Source: a virus
Lineage: Duplodnaviria > Heunggongvirae > Uroviricota > Caudoviricetes
Virus record (IMG/VR): IMGVR_UViG_3300028857_000005
Span: 1 to 64,000 of that record
Length of the DNA: 64,000 nucleotides
Strand: one strand, 5' to 3'
A program made the translations under genes and the position numbers. Below the pieces are notes generated by a model. It was not told where the DNA came from, did no database searches, and saw nothing but the letters and a program-made list of their open reading frames with translations. The number at the start of each line of letters is the position of its first letter. Within the stretch, counting starts at the first letter, position 1. Positions 1 to 8,211 of the stretch are shown here, piece after piece.

Positions 1-128
1 CGTCCGCAGGACTTCGCGGTCTACCGCACCATCGGTGCCGTGAGCATCACCCTCACCCTCAAGGCCCGTTCGCAGGAGGAGGCAGACAAGCAGGCCGACG
101 CTCTGCTGGTCAAGTAGTCCCAAGCATT

Positions 129-256
129 GGCACCCCTTCGGGGGTGCCTTTGCAGGGTCGGGCGAAGCCCGACCATCATACACCATAAACCAGTTTAAGT
201 CAAGGGCATATTTCTGCCAGTTTCGCTTGACCAGCCATGTCCAACCGTGCTACTCT
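129..256 (+). repeat. early intergenic cassette copy 1: hairpins ggcacccc-ttcg-ggggtgcc (129-148) and gggtcgggc-gaa-gcccgacc (155-174), ttaagtcaag box (194-203), -35 TTGACC (227-232), -10 TACTCT (251-256)
   Basis: Direct reading. One of 7 direct copies of a ~110-bp module. Sits between a stop codon and the aaggag RBS of the next gene. Confidence 0.7.
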
Positions 257-282
257 TTACCTAGTCAAACAAGGAGCACACA

Positions 283-585
283 ATGCACAAGCCCAGCACT
301 GATCGCAGCGGGATCAAGCAGACCATCAAGGCACTCAACGATGCCGGTTGGAAGCCCCTGTGGGTGCAGTACACTGGCGAGGATGAGATGGAACTCGTCA
401 ACTCTGTCACTGAGGCTCTTGAGGAAATCACGGCAGTGGATGACTGCTTCCTCATCGTGGAGAAGGATGGGGAGCGTGGCTGGGTCAGGTTCGTCATGGG
501 CAACGATCCTGATGAGGTTGTGTGCGACTACACGACCAAGCTGGACGATGCACTCGATCCCATGTTCGCAGTTTGGAACGCTTGA
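283..585 (+). CDS. hypothetical early protein (100 aa)
   Basis: ORF with RBS aaggag 7 nt upstream, preceded by cassette 1. Antisense ORFs 261..503 and 265..588 are treated as shadows. Confidence 0.7.
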   Translation: MHKPSTDRSGIKQTIKALNDAGWKPLWVQYTGEDEMELVNSVTEALEEITAVDDCFLIVEKDGERGWVRFVMGNDPDEVVCDYTTKLDDALDPMFAVWNA

Positions 586-589
586 CAAG

Positions 590-703
590 CAAGGCCCGCA
601 AGGGTCGGGCGAAGCCCGACCATTCTACATCACATTACACCTTAAGTCAAGTCCAAAAAATCCCCTGATATCGCTTGACAACTCATAGCAGAGCGAGTAG
701 AGT
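590..703 (+). repeat. early intergenic cassette copy 2: gggtcgggcgaagcccgacc 602-621, ttaagtcaag 641-650, -35 TTGACA 675-680, 17-nt spacer, -10 TAGAGT 698-703
   Basis: Direct reading. -35/-10 spacing matches sigma70/HrdB consensus. Confidence 0.7.
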
Positions 704-742
704 TCTTGTTGTCAGGGAAACTAACCAACCGAAAGGCATCCC

Positions 743-1186
743 ATGTCCGTCAAGGCAATCAACCTCCGCAACCGCTACCTCGGTCGCAACGTCTCTGTCT
801 ACAGCGTCGATGGCTTCTACGTGGGTGGAGGCATCCTGAGGACCACCAACGACCGCAAGGGCAAGACCATCATGCCGGGGAAGGACTACCGGTTCTCCAT
901 GTTCGCCACTGACAGCGTCGGATCGATCCGCATGAACGACATCGTCACCATCGCTCGCAAGCCTCGCGTCATCAAGCCCAAGGCTGTTGTCAAGCTGGCT
1001 TCCGAACTCACCACGGACGACATCGGCAAGCGGGTCTTCGTCACTCCCGGTGCCATCCTCGGCACCTTCAAGCCGTGGGAGGGAACCATCAAGCGCGAGG
1101 CCGGGTTCATCGCTCCCAGTCACTACGTCGGTTACTCCGCTGACGGCTTCCTGCTCGTCACGACCGACAAGGTCAAGTTCCTCTGA
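743..1186 (+). CDS. hypothetical early protein (147 aa)
   Basis: ORF with RBS gaaagg, downstream of cassette 2. Confidence 0.7.
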   Translation: MSVKAINLRNRYLGRNVSVYSVDGFYVGGGILRTTNDRKGKTIMPGKDYRFSMFATDSVGSIRMNDIVTIARKPRVIKPKAVVKLASELTTDDIGKRVFVTPGAILGTFKPWEGTIKREAGFIAPSHYVGYSADGFLLVTTDKVKFL

Positions 1187-1198
1187 CCAACAAGTCAA

Positions 1199-1336
1199 GG
1201 GCACCCTTCGGGGTGCCTTTGGCATGGGTCGGGCGAAGCCCGACCATCCTATCATGAATTATCCTTTAAGTCAAGCAGAAATTTCCCCTATTTTCGGGCT
1301 TCGCCCACTTGACACACGCCTAGGAACTGGTAAGCT
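1199..1336 (+). repeat. early intergenic cassette copy 3: hairpins 1199-1216 and 1226-1245, ttaagtcaag 1266-1275, -35 TTGACA 1309-1314, -10 TAAGCT 1331-1336
   Basis: Direct reading. Confidence 0.7.
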
Positions 1337-1342
1337 CTAGTC

Positions 1343-1480
1343 ATGAAGCAAACAGCAAACCTCAAGTGGTCCACCAAAGAACAGCATGAGCACAAGCGCT
1401 CCGTACTTCGTGCCGCTGGTCCCATGAAGCCCAAGGGTCAGTACGACCGTCACGACAAGTCTTGGAAGGATGAATACTGA
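1343..1480 (+). CDS. small basic protein (45 aa, MKQTANLKWSTKEQHEHKRSVLRAAGPMKPKGQYDRHDKSWKDEY)
   Basis: ATG 7 nt after -10. Its stop overlaps the next ATG (ATGA coupling). Below the 60-aa cutoff of the ORF track. Confidence 0.45.
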   Translation: MKQTANLKWSTKEQHEHKRSVLRAAGPMKPKGQYDRHDKSWKDEY

Positions 1481-1680
1481 TGGCTGCCGTTCTGGTCGAG
1501 GTCAGCATTAGCTGCAACCACTGGTGCATCTTCTGCGACATGGAAGCTTCCGTGTACAACTACTCCAACGGGCAGGAAATCATCGCCTGCTCCAACTGCA
1601 AGGATTACAAGGGCATCATCTCCCTTGACGAAGACCGAGAAGACCTCAGCGAAGACGACGAAGGGAGTGACGATGAGTGA
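1480..1680 (+). CDS. Cys-rich zinc-finger-like small protein with poly-acidic tail (66 aa)
   Basis: ORF track entry. CNHWCIFC...CSNC motif and a DEDREDLSEDDEGSDDE tail. Confidence 0.55.
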   Translation: MAAVLVEVSISCNHWCIFCDMEASVYNYSNGQEIIACSNCKDYKGIISLDEDREDLSEDDEGSDDE

Positions 1681-1685
1681 CCGCG

Positions 1686-1808
1686 CACCCCTTCGGGGGT
1701 CGGGCGAAGCCCGACCATGCTATCACACCTTTACTCATTAAGTCAAGACCAAATTTTCCGCAGTTTCTGGCTTCGCCGTATTGACACACACGCTCATACC
1801 TGATAGAT
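1686..1808 (+). repeat. early intergenic cassette copy 4: fused hairpins caccccttcgggggtcgggcgaagcccgacc 1686-1716, ttaagtcaag 1738-1747, -35 TTGACA ~1780-1785, -10 TAGATT ~1803-1808
   Basis: Direct reading. Confidence 0.7.
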
Positions 1809-1837
1809 TCGTACCAACGACAACGAAGGGCAACACA

Positions 1838-2488
1838 ATGGACGTTACCGTCACCAATCCCTACGGTTCATACCGCATGGTCCAACTCTCAGGCGTAGAG
1901 CTTGAGTTCGACCTCAGTGAGGTTCTGGACAACATGTCCGATGAGGCTCTGCTTGAGCAGGCCAAGGAGCGTGACCTGTACGTGTTCGAGGGTCAGGACG
2001 AGATGATTACCGCTCTCATCAACGATGACCAAGAGCGCAACATGCTCGAAGAGATGGACTTGGGTACCGTCATCGAAATCTTGGGCGAGGATGAAATCCT
2101 GACCGAGATGGACGACGACGATATTCTCAAGTACGCGCAGGAGAACAACATCGTCCCTGACGACATGTCCCTTGACGACGTGGCAACCACCGAACTCGTC
2201 AACGAACTCATGCAGCGCAACAAGTTGGACGCTCTGCTCGGTGAGATGGACAGTGAGATGATTCAGGCTCACTTGATCCACAAGCGCGGTGGGTTCACTC
2301 TTGAAGAGGTTCCCACCGAAGAGATGATTTCCTGCCTTGAGAATGAGCGGGGTGTCATCATCGGTGGATTCACCGTCACTGCGGGAGTTGCTCAGGCATT
2401 CCGTACCCTCGCTGAGTTCTGCCGTGTGATCGAGAACGGCAGCAAGGAAGGTCTGGAAGGAAAGAGGTTCATCCTCCCAACTGAGTGA
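1838..2488 (+). CDS. highly acidic early protein (about 217 aa from MDVTV; the ORF extends upstream to 1781 via TTG); candidate DNA-mimic / anti-restriction-like protein
   Basis: ORF track entry. The ATG is preceded by gaagggcaacacaATG. Extreme D/E content. Early-block position with its own promoter. Confidence 0.6.
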   Translation: MDVTVTNPYGSYRMVQLSGVELEFDLSEVLDNMSDEALLEQAKERDLYVFEGQDEMITALINDDQERNMLEEMDLGTVIEILGEDEILTEMDDDDILKYAQENNIVPDDMSLDDVATTELVNELMQRNKLDALLGEMDSEMIQAHLIHKRGGFTLEEVPTEEMISCLENERGVIIGGFTVTAGVAQAFRTLAEFCRVIENGSKEGLEGKRFILPTE

Positions 2489-2523
2489 TATACTCAAAAG
2501 TACTTACCCACAACTGAATAACG

Positions 2524-2681
2524 CGGTGGCCCCAGCGGTTGAATCCCGGTGGGGCTAACCTGCGTCTAGGGTCGGGCGAAGCCCGACCATTCTAACACAC
2601 ATTCGGGTTTAAGTCAAGGCCCAAAATCCCCCATTTTTCGTGCTTCGCCATCTTGACAACCACTGGCTTGAGGGTATAGGC
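2524..2681 (+). repeat. early intergenic cassette copy 5: imperfect hairpin 2530-2560, gggtcgggcgaagcccgacc 2569-2588, ttaagtcaag 2607-2616, -35 TTGACA 2653-2658, -10 TATAGG 2675-2680
   Basis: Direct reading. Confidence 0.65.
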
Positions 2682-2688
2682 TGGCGAC

Positions 2689-3393
2689 ATGCCACTAGAC
2701 CGAACGAACGACCGTAAGACTGCCAACCTCTCAACCAAGAATGGCCTGCAAAGCAAAATCAAGAATGCTTTCAGCCTGCCCGCTGGTAATGCATTCTCTT
2801 GCCCCGGTGCCACGTCATTTTGTCAGAAGATTTGCTATGCCGGTCAGCTTGAGAAAATGTACCCTAGTTTTCTCGCTCTGGCAATGCGCAACTGGGATAT
2901 CCTCAAGGATGCCAGTATTGATGTCATGTACGTGGAACTCACAAACATGATTGATGCATTCGAGGCAGAATGCGATAAGTGGAATGCGCCGAAGAAGTTC
3001 CGCATTCATGCTGACGGTGATTTCTTTAACATGTTCTATGTTGAGGCATGGTCTTGGGTTATTGCTGAGCACGAAAGCATTCAATTCTGGGCCTATACCC
3101 GTTCTGACTTTGCCGCCGATTTCCTGCACAAGGAAAACCTGCCTAACCTCGGACTTTACTTTAGCGGCGATCCCGTCAATGAGGCAATGGCGCACACAAT
3201 GGCGGATAAGGGTATTCGCGTTGCAATGGTAGCGAATACCTTTGATGACGCTAAGGCTGCATTCAAGGGTGCGCGTTGTCCCGAGCAAAACAAAGCCATT
3301 CCGCTTATCTCGGATAAGGGTGGCGCGTGCGTTGCTTGTGGCCTTTGCGTAATGGGACGCGCTAATGTCCTTTTCTCTGTGAGCAAGAAATGA
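2689..3393 (+). CDS. Cys-rich protein (234 aa), possibly gp88-family-like; function unknown
   Basis: ORF track entry. Motifs SCPGATSFCQKICYA and CPEQNK...GGACVACGLC. Family assignment is from memory only. Confidence 0.55.
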   Translation: MPLDRTNDRKTANLSTKNGLQSKIKNAFSLPAGNAFSCPGATSFCQKICYAGQLEKMYPSFLALAMRNWDILKDASIDVMYVELTNMIDAFEAECDKWNAPKKFRIHADGDFFNMFYVEAWSWVIAEHESIQFWAYTRSDFAADFLHKENLPNLGLYFSGDPVNEAMAHTMADKGIRVAMVANTFDDAKAAFKGARCPEQNKAIPLISDKGGACVACGLCVMGRANVLFSVSKK

Positions 3394-3500
3394 GTTGGCA
3401 GGAGGTCGTAATGTTTGTCATTCTTGTGTTGAATAGCATTCAGCTAAGGATACAGACAATGCGAATCCAACAATTGGAGCACCATCAAAACAAATAGGCT

Positions 3501-3627
3501 TCGGCCCCCTTCGGGGGTCGGGCGAAGCCCGACCATCCTACCACACTCTAGCCTTTAAGTCAAGCCCAAAAATCCCCTGTTTTCAGCCTTCGCCCTACTT
3601 GACAAACTAGCTAGGCAGGAGTAAGGT
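3501..3627 (+). repeat. early intergenic cassette copy 6: hairpins 3501-3520 and 3515-3534, ttaagtcaag 3553-3562, -35 TTGACA 3599-3604, 17-nt spacer, -10 TAAGGT 3622-3627
   Basis: Direct reading. Confidence 0.7.
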
Positions 3628-3661
3628 TACTCTTGTAATCAACCACAACGAAAGGCTTGAA

Positions 3662-4723
3662 ATGCGCGGCTACTGGAATCGTCTCGATCAGTTCGATCAC
3701 ACCCTCGCTGACCGTACCCCCGGCTCTTACAACGCTTACGCGAGCGCTGCCTCCCTGCGTGTCCCGCTCTACGGTGGTCTGGGCACTGTCGTGGACGAAG
3801 ATGTCTCGAAGGACACGGGCGCGATGCTCAAGGCTTCTGGTCTCGACTGGAATGTCCGCCTCGAAGAGGCAAACCTGCACGCTGGCTCTGACAAAAAGTG
3901 GTACGAGGTCATTCGTGACGGCTTCGGTGAGGCTGCCGATCAGGAGTGGGTCTTGGGCATGGTTGGCGGGCAGTACAAGGAACTGCAAAACCGCGACCTC
4001 TTCGACTTCGCTGATGGCCTTGTGCATGGTGGAGGCTACTGGGATGTTGCTGGTCAGTTCAACTACGGGCGCACGGTCTTCGGTGTCCTCAAGTTCGACC
4101 GCTCCCTCTTCATCGACCCCAACGGTGCCAACGATGAGATTGAGGACTCGATCATCGTCTCCACGTCTCACAACGGCTCAACCGCTATCGTGGCAGCGAA
4201 CACGGCAATGCGTCTGCGTTGCATGAACGCTCTGACCTCCTCGCTCAAGAACGCCAAGCGCGTTTTCAAGATTCGTCACACGACGAACCTCGCTGACAAG
4301 ATGACCGTTGCGCGTGAGGCTCTGAACCTCAACCGGCTCTACATGGATGAGTTCTCGAAGATGGCTAACGAAATGATCCAGCTTGAACTCACCAAGAACG
4401 CCGTCAACGAGATTTTCGAAACGCTCAACCCTGAGCCTGAGGCGAATACCCGTGGCGCACTGACCAAGTGGGAGACCAAGCGCGATCAGTTCCACGGCAT
4501 CTACAACGGTGCTACCCTCGAAAACCTCGACGGTGACAACGCTTGGAAGGTCTTCAATGCTCTGACCGAGCAGAAGGACTGGTTTGCCGCTCCTCGCAAG
4601 GGAACCGCTGAGCGTGTCATGGCTTCCGGCTCTGGCTTCATCGAAGCGGACAACGACGCTAAGGACAAGATGCGCGAGGTCTGCATGGCAGTTGCCAACG
4701 CTCACCGTCTGGTCCGCGTCTGA
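3662..4723 (+). CDS. hypothetical protein (353 aa), possibly DUF932-like phage/plasmid family
   Basis: ORF track entry with RBS gaaagg. Long antisense ORFs 3611..4171 and 4178..4705 are treated as shadows. Confidence 0.6.
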   Translation: MRGYWNRLDQFDHTLADRTPGSYNAYASAASLRVPLYGGLGTVVDEDVSKDTGAMLKASGLDWNVRLEEANLHAGSDKKWYEVIRDGFGEAADQEWVLGMVGGQYKELQNRDLFDFADGLVHGGGYWDVAGQFNYGRTVFGVLKFDRSLFIDPNGANDEIEDSIIVSTSHNGSTAIVAANTAMRLRCMNALTSSLKNAKRVFKIRHTTNLADKMTVAREALNLNRLYMDEFSKMANEMIQLELTKNAVNEIFETLNPEPEANTRGALTKWETKRDQFHGIYNGATLENLDGDNAWKVFNALTEQKDWFAAPRKGTAERVMASGSGFIEADNDAKDKMREVCMAVANAHRLVRV

Positions 4724-4733
4724 CAGTTAGTCA

Positions 4734-4753
4734 TGGGGGGAGGGAGACCTCCC
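4734..4753 (+). terminator. hairpin ggggggaggg-agac-ctccccc followed by TTT
   Basis: Inverted repeat directly after the stop codon of 3662..4723. Confidence 0.5.
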
Positions 4754-4756
4754 CCT

Positions 4757-4785
4757 TTGACATTCCTGTCTAGATCGGATAGAAT
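4757..4785 (+). promoter_or_regulatory. near-consensus promoter: -35 TTGACA (4757-4762), 17-nt spacer, -10 TAGAAT (4780-4785)
   Basis: Direct reading. Sits 6 nt upstream of ATG 4792. It lacks the reiterated cassette. Confidence 0.6.
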
Positions 4786-4791
4786 GCAAAC

Positions 4792-4965
4792 ATGAAGTCA
4801 TACACCGAAAAGCTGGCAATGAAGATCATTGCGCTATTCGACGTTGCTTCTCTTGACCATGACGACATTTCAAGGGTAGCTAGTTGGGTAAGGAATAGCG
4901 CCAATGTTGTTGTACTGGCAAAGATAGTCCACTTCTGCGAAAGGTTTCTCCATGACGATTTCTGA
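4792..4965 (+). CDS. small hypothetical protein (57 aa, MKSYTEKLAMKIIALFDVASLDHDDISRVASWVRNSANVVVLAKIVHFCERFLHDDF)
   Basis: ATG right after the promoter. Its 3' end overlaps the start of 4952..5299. Confidence 0.45.
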   Translation: MKSYTEKLAMKIIALFDVASLDHDDISRVASWVRNSANVVVLAKIVHFCERFLHDDF

Positions 4966-5299
4966 ACAGCGATTCCACTGCGTTTGTGGCAAAACGTGGA
5001 CGGGTCTCAAGATGGAGCATTGCAAGGGCTGTCATGAGACATTCAATAACACAAAGGCAGGCGATATGCATACGGCAGTCGCCTATCTCTACACGCTTAT
5101 GCGTGACCCATTCCAAGGCATTGTTCAGATTCTCCCTGCTGACGTTGCCTTTGCTCTAGGTGGGGGATGCAAGATCATTTCGGAAAACAATGAGCAGCGG
5201 TATTGTTTGACTGCCGCCGAAATGACGGCAAAGGGAATGCGGCAGGAAAAGAATGAGGCATGGAATATGGGAGGATGTGCATACATTCCGAAGGGCTAG
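4952..5299 (+). CDS. zinc-finger protein (115 aa; CVCGKTW...HCKGCH)
   Basis: ORF track entry, overlapping the previous small gene. Confidence 0.55.
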   Translation: MTISEQRFHCVCGKTWTGLKMEHCKGCHETFNNTKAGDMHTAVAYLYTLMRDPFQGIVQILPADVAFALGGGCKIISENNEQRYCLTAAEMTAKGMRQEKNEAWNMGGCAYIPKG

Positions 5300-5332
5300 G
5301 GCTTGACAACGCTTAGCTGGGCATGATACAAT

Positions 5333-5446
5333 GCCCCGCTTCGCGGGGTCGGGCGTAGCCCGACCATCCTACCACACATATCCGTTTAAGTCAACCCTAT
5401 ATTTCTGCCGGTATGGCTTGACAGACTACGCCCGACCGTATAAGCT
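5333..5446 (+). repeat. early intergenic cassette copy 7: hairpin ccccgc-ttcg-cgggg, gggtcgggcgtagcccgacc 5346-5365 (loop variant gta), ttaagtcaac 5384-5393, -35 TTGACA 5418-5423, -10 TAAGCT 5441-5446
   Basis: Direct reading. Confidence 0.65.
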
Positions 5447-5476
5447 TTAGCTAGGCAATCAACCAAGGAGACAACA

Positions 5477-5652
5477 TGACCACCGTGTTCACCGGACTTC
5501 ACACCACCGTCCTCATGTCGGCAGACGGCATGACCTTCACCGTCAAGCATGGTCCCAAGAAGGCCCATCGCAAGACCTTCAAGGGTGAGTCCGCTTGGTC
5601 CGCTGTCAACCGCTTCTGCTGGGATGCAGGCGACTTGACATGCAACGTGTGA
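5477..5652 (+). CDS. small hypothetical protein (58 aa, MTTVFTGLHTTVLMSADGMTFTVKHGPKKAHRKTFKGESAWSAVNRFCWDAGDLTCNV)
   Basis: ATG with RBS aaggag, downstream of cassette 7. Confidence 0.5.
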
Positions 5653-5669
5653 GGGTGTAGTCTTTAGTC

Positions 5670-5858
5670 ATGGAACTCACACAGGCAGAGAAAGACCTCA
5701 TCTTCACGATCTTCTTCTCACACGTTTCTGTCAACAGCGTGTGCGAGGTTGAGGTTCGCAGCATCGTTGACAAGTTCAAGGCAGACGGGGCAATCGCTCG
5801 TAACGTCAGCTTCCACAAGAATGTCCACGGACATATCCAAATCGATTTCTTCAACTGA
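5670..5858 (+). CDS. small hypothetical protein (62 aa)
   Basis: ORF track entry, same orientation as the early block. Confidence 0.4.
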   Translation: MELTQAEKDLIFTIFFSHVSVNSVCEVEVRSIVDKFKADGAIARNVSFHKNVHGHIQIDFFN

Positions 5859-5869
5859 GAGGCCACACC

Positions 5870-5998
5870 ATGATCACGCTCTACCTGTCCAACGCTGAGG
5901 CTGCTGCACTGCTGGCTTCCATTCCCGTTGGTGCTGTCGATGTCATGGCAGACCTCAAGGAATCCCTGACCTTCCGACTCGCTGCGGCGAAGTAAGGA
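5870..5998 (+). CDS. small Ala-rich hypothetical protein (42 aa, MITLYLSNAEAAALLASIPVGAVDVMADLKESLTFRLAAAK)
   Basis: ATG after gagaggccacacc. Followed by a terminator hairpin. Confidence 0.3.
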
Positions 5999-6007
5999 CC
6001 AAGTAAG

Positions 6008-6046
6008 CCCCTTCGGGGGCTTGCAAGGTCGGGCTTCGCCCGACCC
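6008..6046 (+). terminator. block-terminal hairpins gccccttcgggggc plus ggtcgggc-ttc-gcccgacc (inverted version of the cassette hairpin)
   Basis: Direct reading. Last element before the AT-rich region. Confidence 0.6.
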
Positions 6047-6059
6047 CCACAATTACTTG

Positions 6060-6640
6060 CTTTAAGAAGCTTCGAATAAATCCGCAGATGTTGAGACCCA
6101 AACAATTCATCATTCGCAACAAAAGCTGTTTTAAGAAGGCGAGATGTTTTCCTAGGATTTTTGAGCACTCATGCTGTTGCTAACCCATGTTAGCTTTAAG
6201 TGCCAATAATTCATCATTTGGGTGTTTTACGCTGTTTCTGTGCAAAACGGGGTAGATTTGTAGACAAATTGACATAGTTTGGGTCAGTTATCATGAAAAA
6301 CAAGTTAATTTCTGAGGGCCAAGGCTGATATTTGGCTGTCCAAGGATGATTCTCAGTGCTTTCAGGTGTTCCTGCTGTGTTCATGGCTCTAATCTAGCAC
6401 GTTCTAAGCCTCTTGTCAACTGTGACAAGGGGTTTTGCTGTGTTCTGAGGAAGATTAAGCATATGATTATGGATGGTATATGATCCATATACTCAGCACA
6501 AATACCTATGGCTTGTCAGTTTATTGACAAATCGATGATTCTATATGTGAAGTCACAAGCCTTAAATCTTAGATATTAAGTCATTTGGCTTAAGGCTCAT
6601 GCTTCATCCATAGATTTTTCAGTCCTTCAACCGTGCTCCG
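6060..6640. other. about 580-bp AT-rich non-coding region between convergent gene blocks. Contains palindromes cttgtca-actg-tgacaag (6412-6429) and ttgtca-gtttat-tgacaa (6513-6530), and gacaaattgaca (6263-6274)
   Basis: Sharp GC drop and no credible ORF. The only + ORFs are short and antisense to the DUF3310 gene. Confidence 0.6.
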
Positions 6641-6767
6641 CTACATCTACTTAGTTTGTCACTTAAGTCTTCCACCTTCTGTACCGCTGGGTGTTGGTCA
6701 TTGGACTGTACCCATACATCAAGTACATATACCAATAGGTCTAGCTCTTGTTCTGATAGCTTGTCGC

Positions 6768-7223
6768 TCATCCGACTACCCCCGGCAAAACGGGATGTGG
6801 TTCAACAGCATAAGGATTCATCGATACCGCTGGCACAGCAGGTTCCAGTACGTCAACGGAGTCAATACCCATGATGTCGGCATACCAATCCTTGATGACC
6901 AGCATTGCCTTGTCGTAGTATCCTTCATAGATGAACTCAATGGCCCACTTACGATACCCCTCGGGTTCCTCAGCGTCCCACATTGCATATGCTACCTTGC
7001 TTGCAAAGGGGTTGGCTTCCCAATTGTATTGTAGCTGTGCCTCCATGGAATGCTTTGTGTACCACATTGCCTTGGCTAGCTCTTGCAGGTCTGAGTCCTT
7101 CATGCCCAAGCGCCAAAGGTACTTGATGGCATTGCCTGCCCCATAGAATAGCGGATAGATGACTTGAATGCACTCAATGCCGCTGGGATGATTCTTGTAG
7201 TGTTCTGGGTTCTCTGCACCCAT
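6768..7223 (-). CDS. DUF3310-like phage protein (151 aa)
   Basis: ORF with RBS ggagg. Motif HPSGIECIQVI...GNAIKYLWR resembles the DUF3310 family (recalled from memory). Confidence 0.6.
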   Translation of the reverse strand: MGAENPEHYKNHPSGIECIQVIYPLFYGAGNAIKYLWRLGMKDSDLQELAKAMWYTKHSMEAQLQYNWEANPFASKVAYAMWDAEEPEGYRKWAIEFIYEGYYDKAMLVIKDWYADIMGIDSVDVLEPAVPAVSMNPYAVEPHPVLPGVVG

Positions 7224-7313
7224 GCTGTACCTCCGAAATGATAGTTAAGTCTTTTGCCTAAACCCAAAAATGAAAATCGAGTCTATTTACATCTTGGCAA
7301 ACGAAAGATGGTT

Positions 7314-7532
7314 CTATTTTTTGCCTAGCTCTTTGAAGAACGCCAACAGGATCACGTAGTTCCTCATGATGTCCATGTATTGTTTTCTGCCGATGTAGTA
7401 GCAGTAGCTTGTAGCTGCTACCCCAAACGCTACCGCCCAAGGTCTCAGATCAATGATTGCTTCGATGGACAGGGCAGCGTTGGCACCACCGATCAGGGTG
7501 GTGAAGATCAGGTCACGGAGCTTTGTTTCCAT
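7314..7532 (-). CDS. small membrane protein (start probably METKLRD; ORF extends to 7565)
   Basis: Hydrophobic ORF in the co-directional gene chain. Confidence 0.4.
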   Translation of the reverse strand: METKLRDLIFTTLIGGANAALSIEAIIDLRPWAVAFGVAATSYCYYIGRKQYMDIMRNYVILLAFFKELGKK

Positions 7533-7728
7533 GTTCCAACTTCCAGACACTGTACATCGTGCCAACGATCAAACCAGCACCGATGGAGCCGATGATGTTG
7601 AGCAGTAGTCCAAGGAAGAGTAGCTGAGTATCAGCCATGACGCTCATTCCAAGGATCGAGATTGCAACTGCGCCAACAAGGGCGACAGCCATCTTAAAGT
7701 ACTTCATTCTTTCTCTCTTCCAGTTCAT
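7513..7728 (-). CDS. small membrane protein (71 aa)
   Basis: Two predicted TM segments. Co-directional chain. Confidence 0.45.
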   Translation of the reverse strand: MNWKRERMKYFKMAVALVGAVAISILGMSVMADTQLLFLGLLLNIIGSIGAGLIVGTMYSVWKLEHGNKAP

Positions 7729-7933
7729 TGATCATGGTGGTGATTTCCTTATACCGGCGAATAATCACCATCACGATCCATGCAAGGATCACCAATGACA
7801 GGATAGCATCAATGTAATCCGCTTTAATCAATGCCTTGAATCCTGCATCCCACCATGTACCTGACCATGCAGACAGGAGGATGACGACGTAGACCTTGTT
7901 GATCAGTTTGTTCTTCATCGTCCACGGTTCCAA
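7694..7933 (-). CDS. membrane protein (79 aa)
   Basis: Hydrophobic ORF. Confidence 0.45.
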   Translation of the reverse strand: MEPWTMKNKLINKVYVVILLSAWSGTWWDAGFKALIKADYIDAILSLVILAWIVMVIIRRYKEITTMINELEERKNEVL

Positions 7934-8211
7934 TCATTGAGAGAGTACTGGTAGTAACCATCGTAGCGGTGAGCGTCCATCCATTTGTTGATCAGAATGT
8001 TAAGGTTGCCGCTGTACTTTCCGAGGGTATCTGAGTTCTCATAGTACAACTTAAGGCCAATCATGCAGCTAACCCAGTCGTACCAGCCGCCACTGTAGTT
8101 GATCGCTGGGATGTTGAGGAACCACCATCCGTCACGCTTCTGAATGCTTGGCTTCCTCATCGGTTGTACAACCAAGCAAGGAACTGTTCGGTGCAAGTCG
8201 GGCACAGCCAA
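7915..8211 (-). CDS. hypothetical protein (up to 98 aa)
   Basis: ORF track entry, W/Y-rich. True start uncertain. Confidence 0.4.
   Translation of the reverse strand: MAVPDLHRTVPCLVVQPMRKPSIQKRDGWWFLNIPAINYSGGWYDWVSCMIGLKLYYENSDTLGKYSGNLNILINKWMDAHRYDGYYQYSLNDWNRGR

Noticed and set aside
1781-1837. Upstream extension of the acidic-protein ORF to a TTG at about 1781
   Set aside because: The extension starts inside the promoter (-35 TTGACA) and spans the -10. The ATG at about 1838 has a proper SD (gaaggg) and position.
155-5365. Repeated gggtcgggcgaagcccgacc units considered as a CRISPR array
   Set aside because: Copies are separated by 450-950 bp of coding sequence, not by uniform 30-40-bp spacers. 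Each copy sits at a gene 3' end as part of a terminator/promoter module.
6633-7034. ORFs 6633..7034 and 6656..6874 on + strand in or next to the AT-rich region
   Set aside because: They overlap the DUF3310-like gene antisense. Their translations are low-complexity. There is no RBS.
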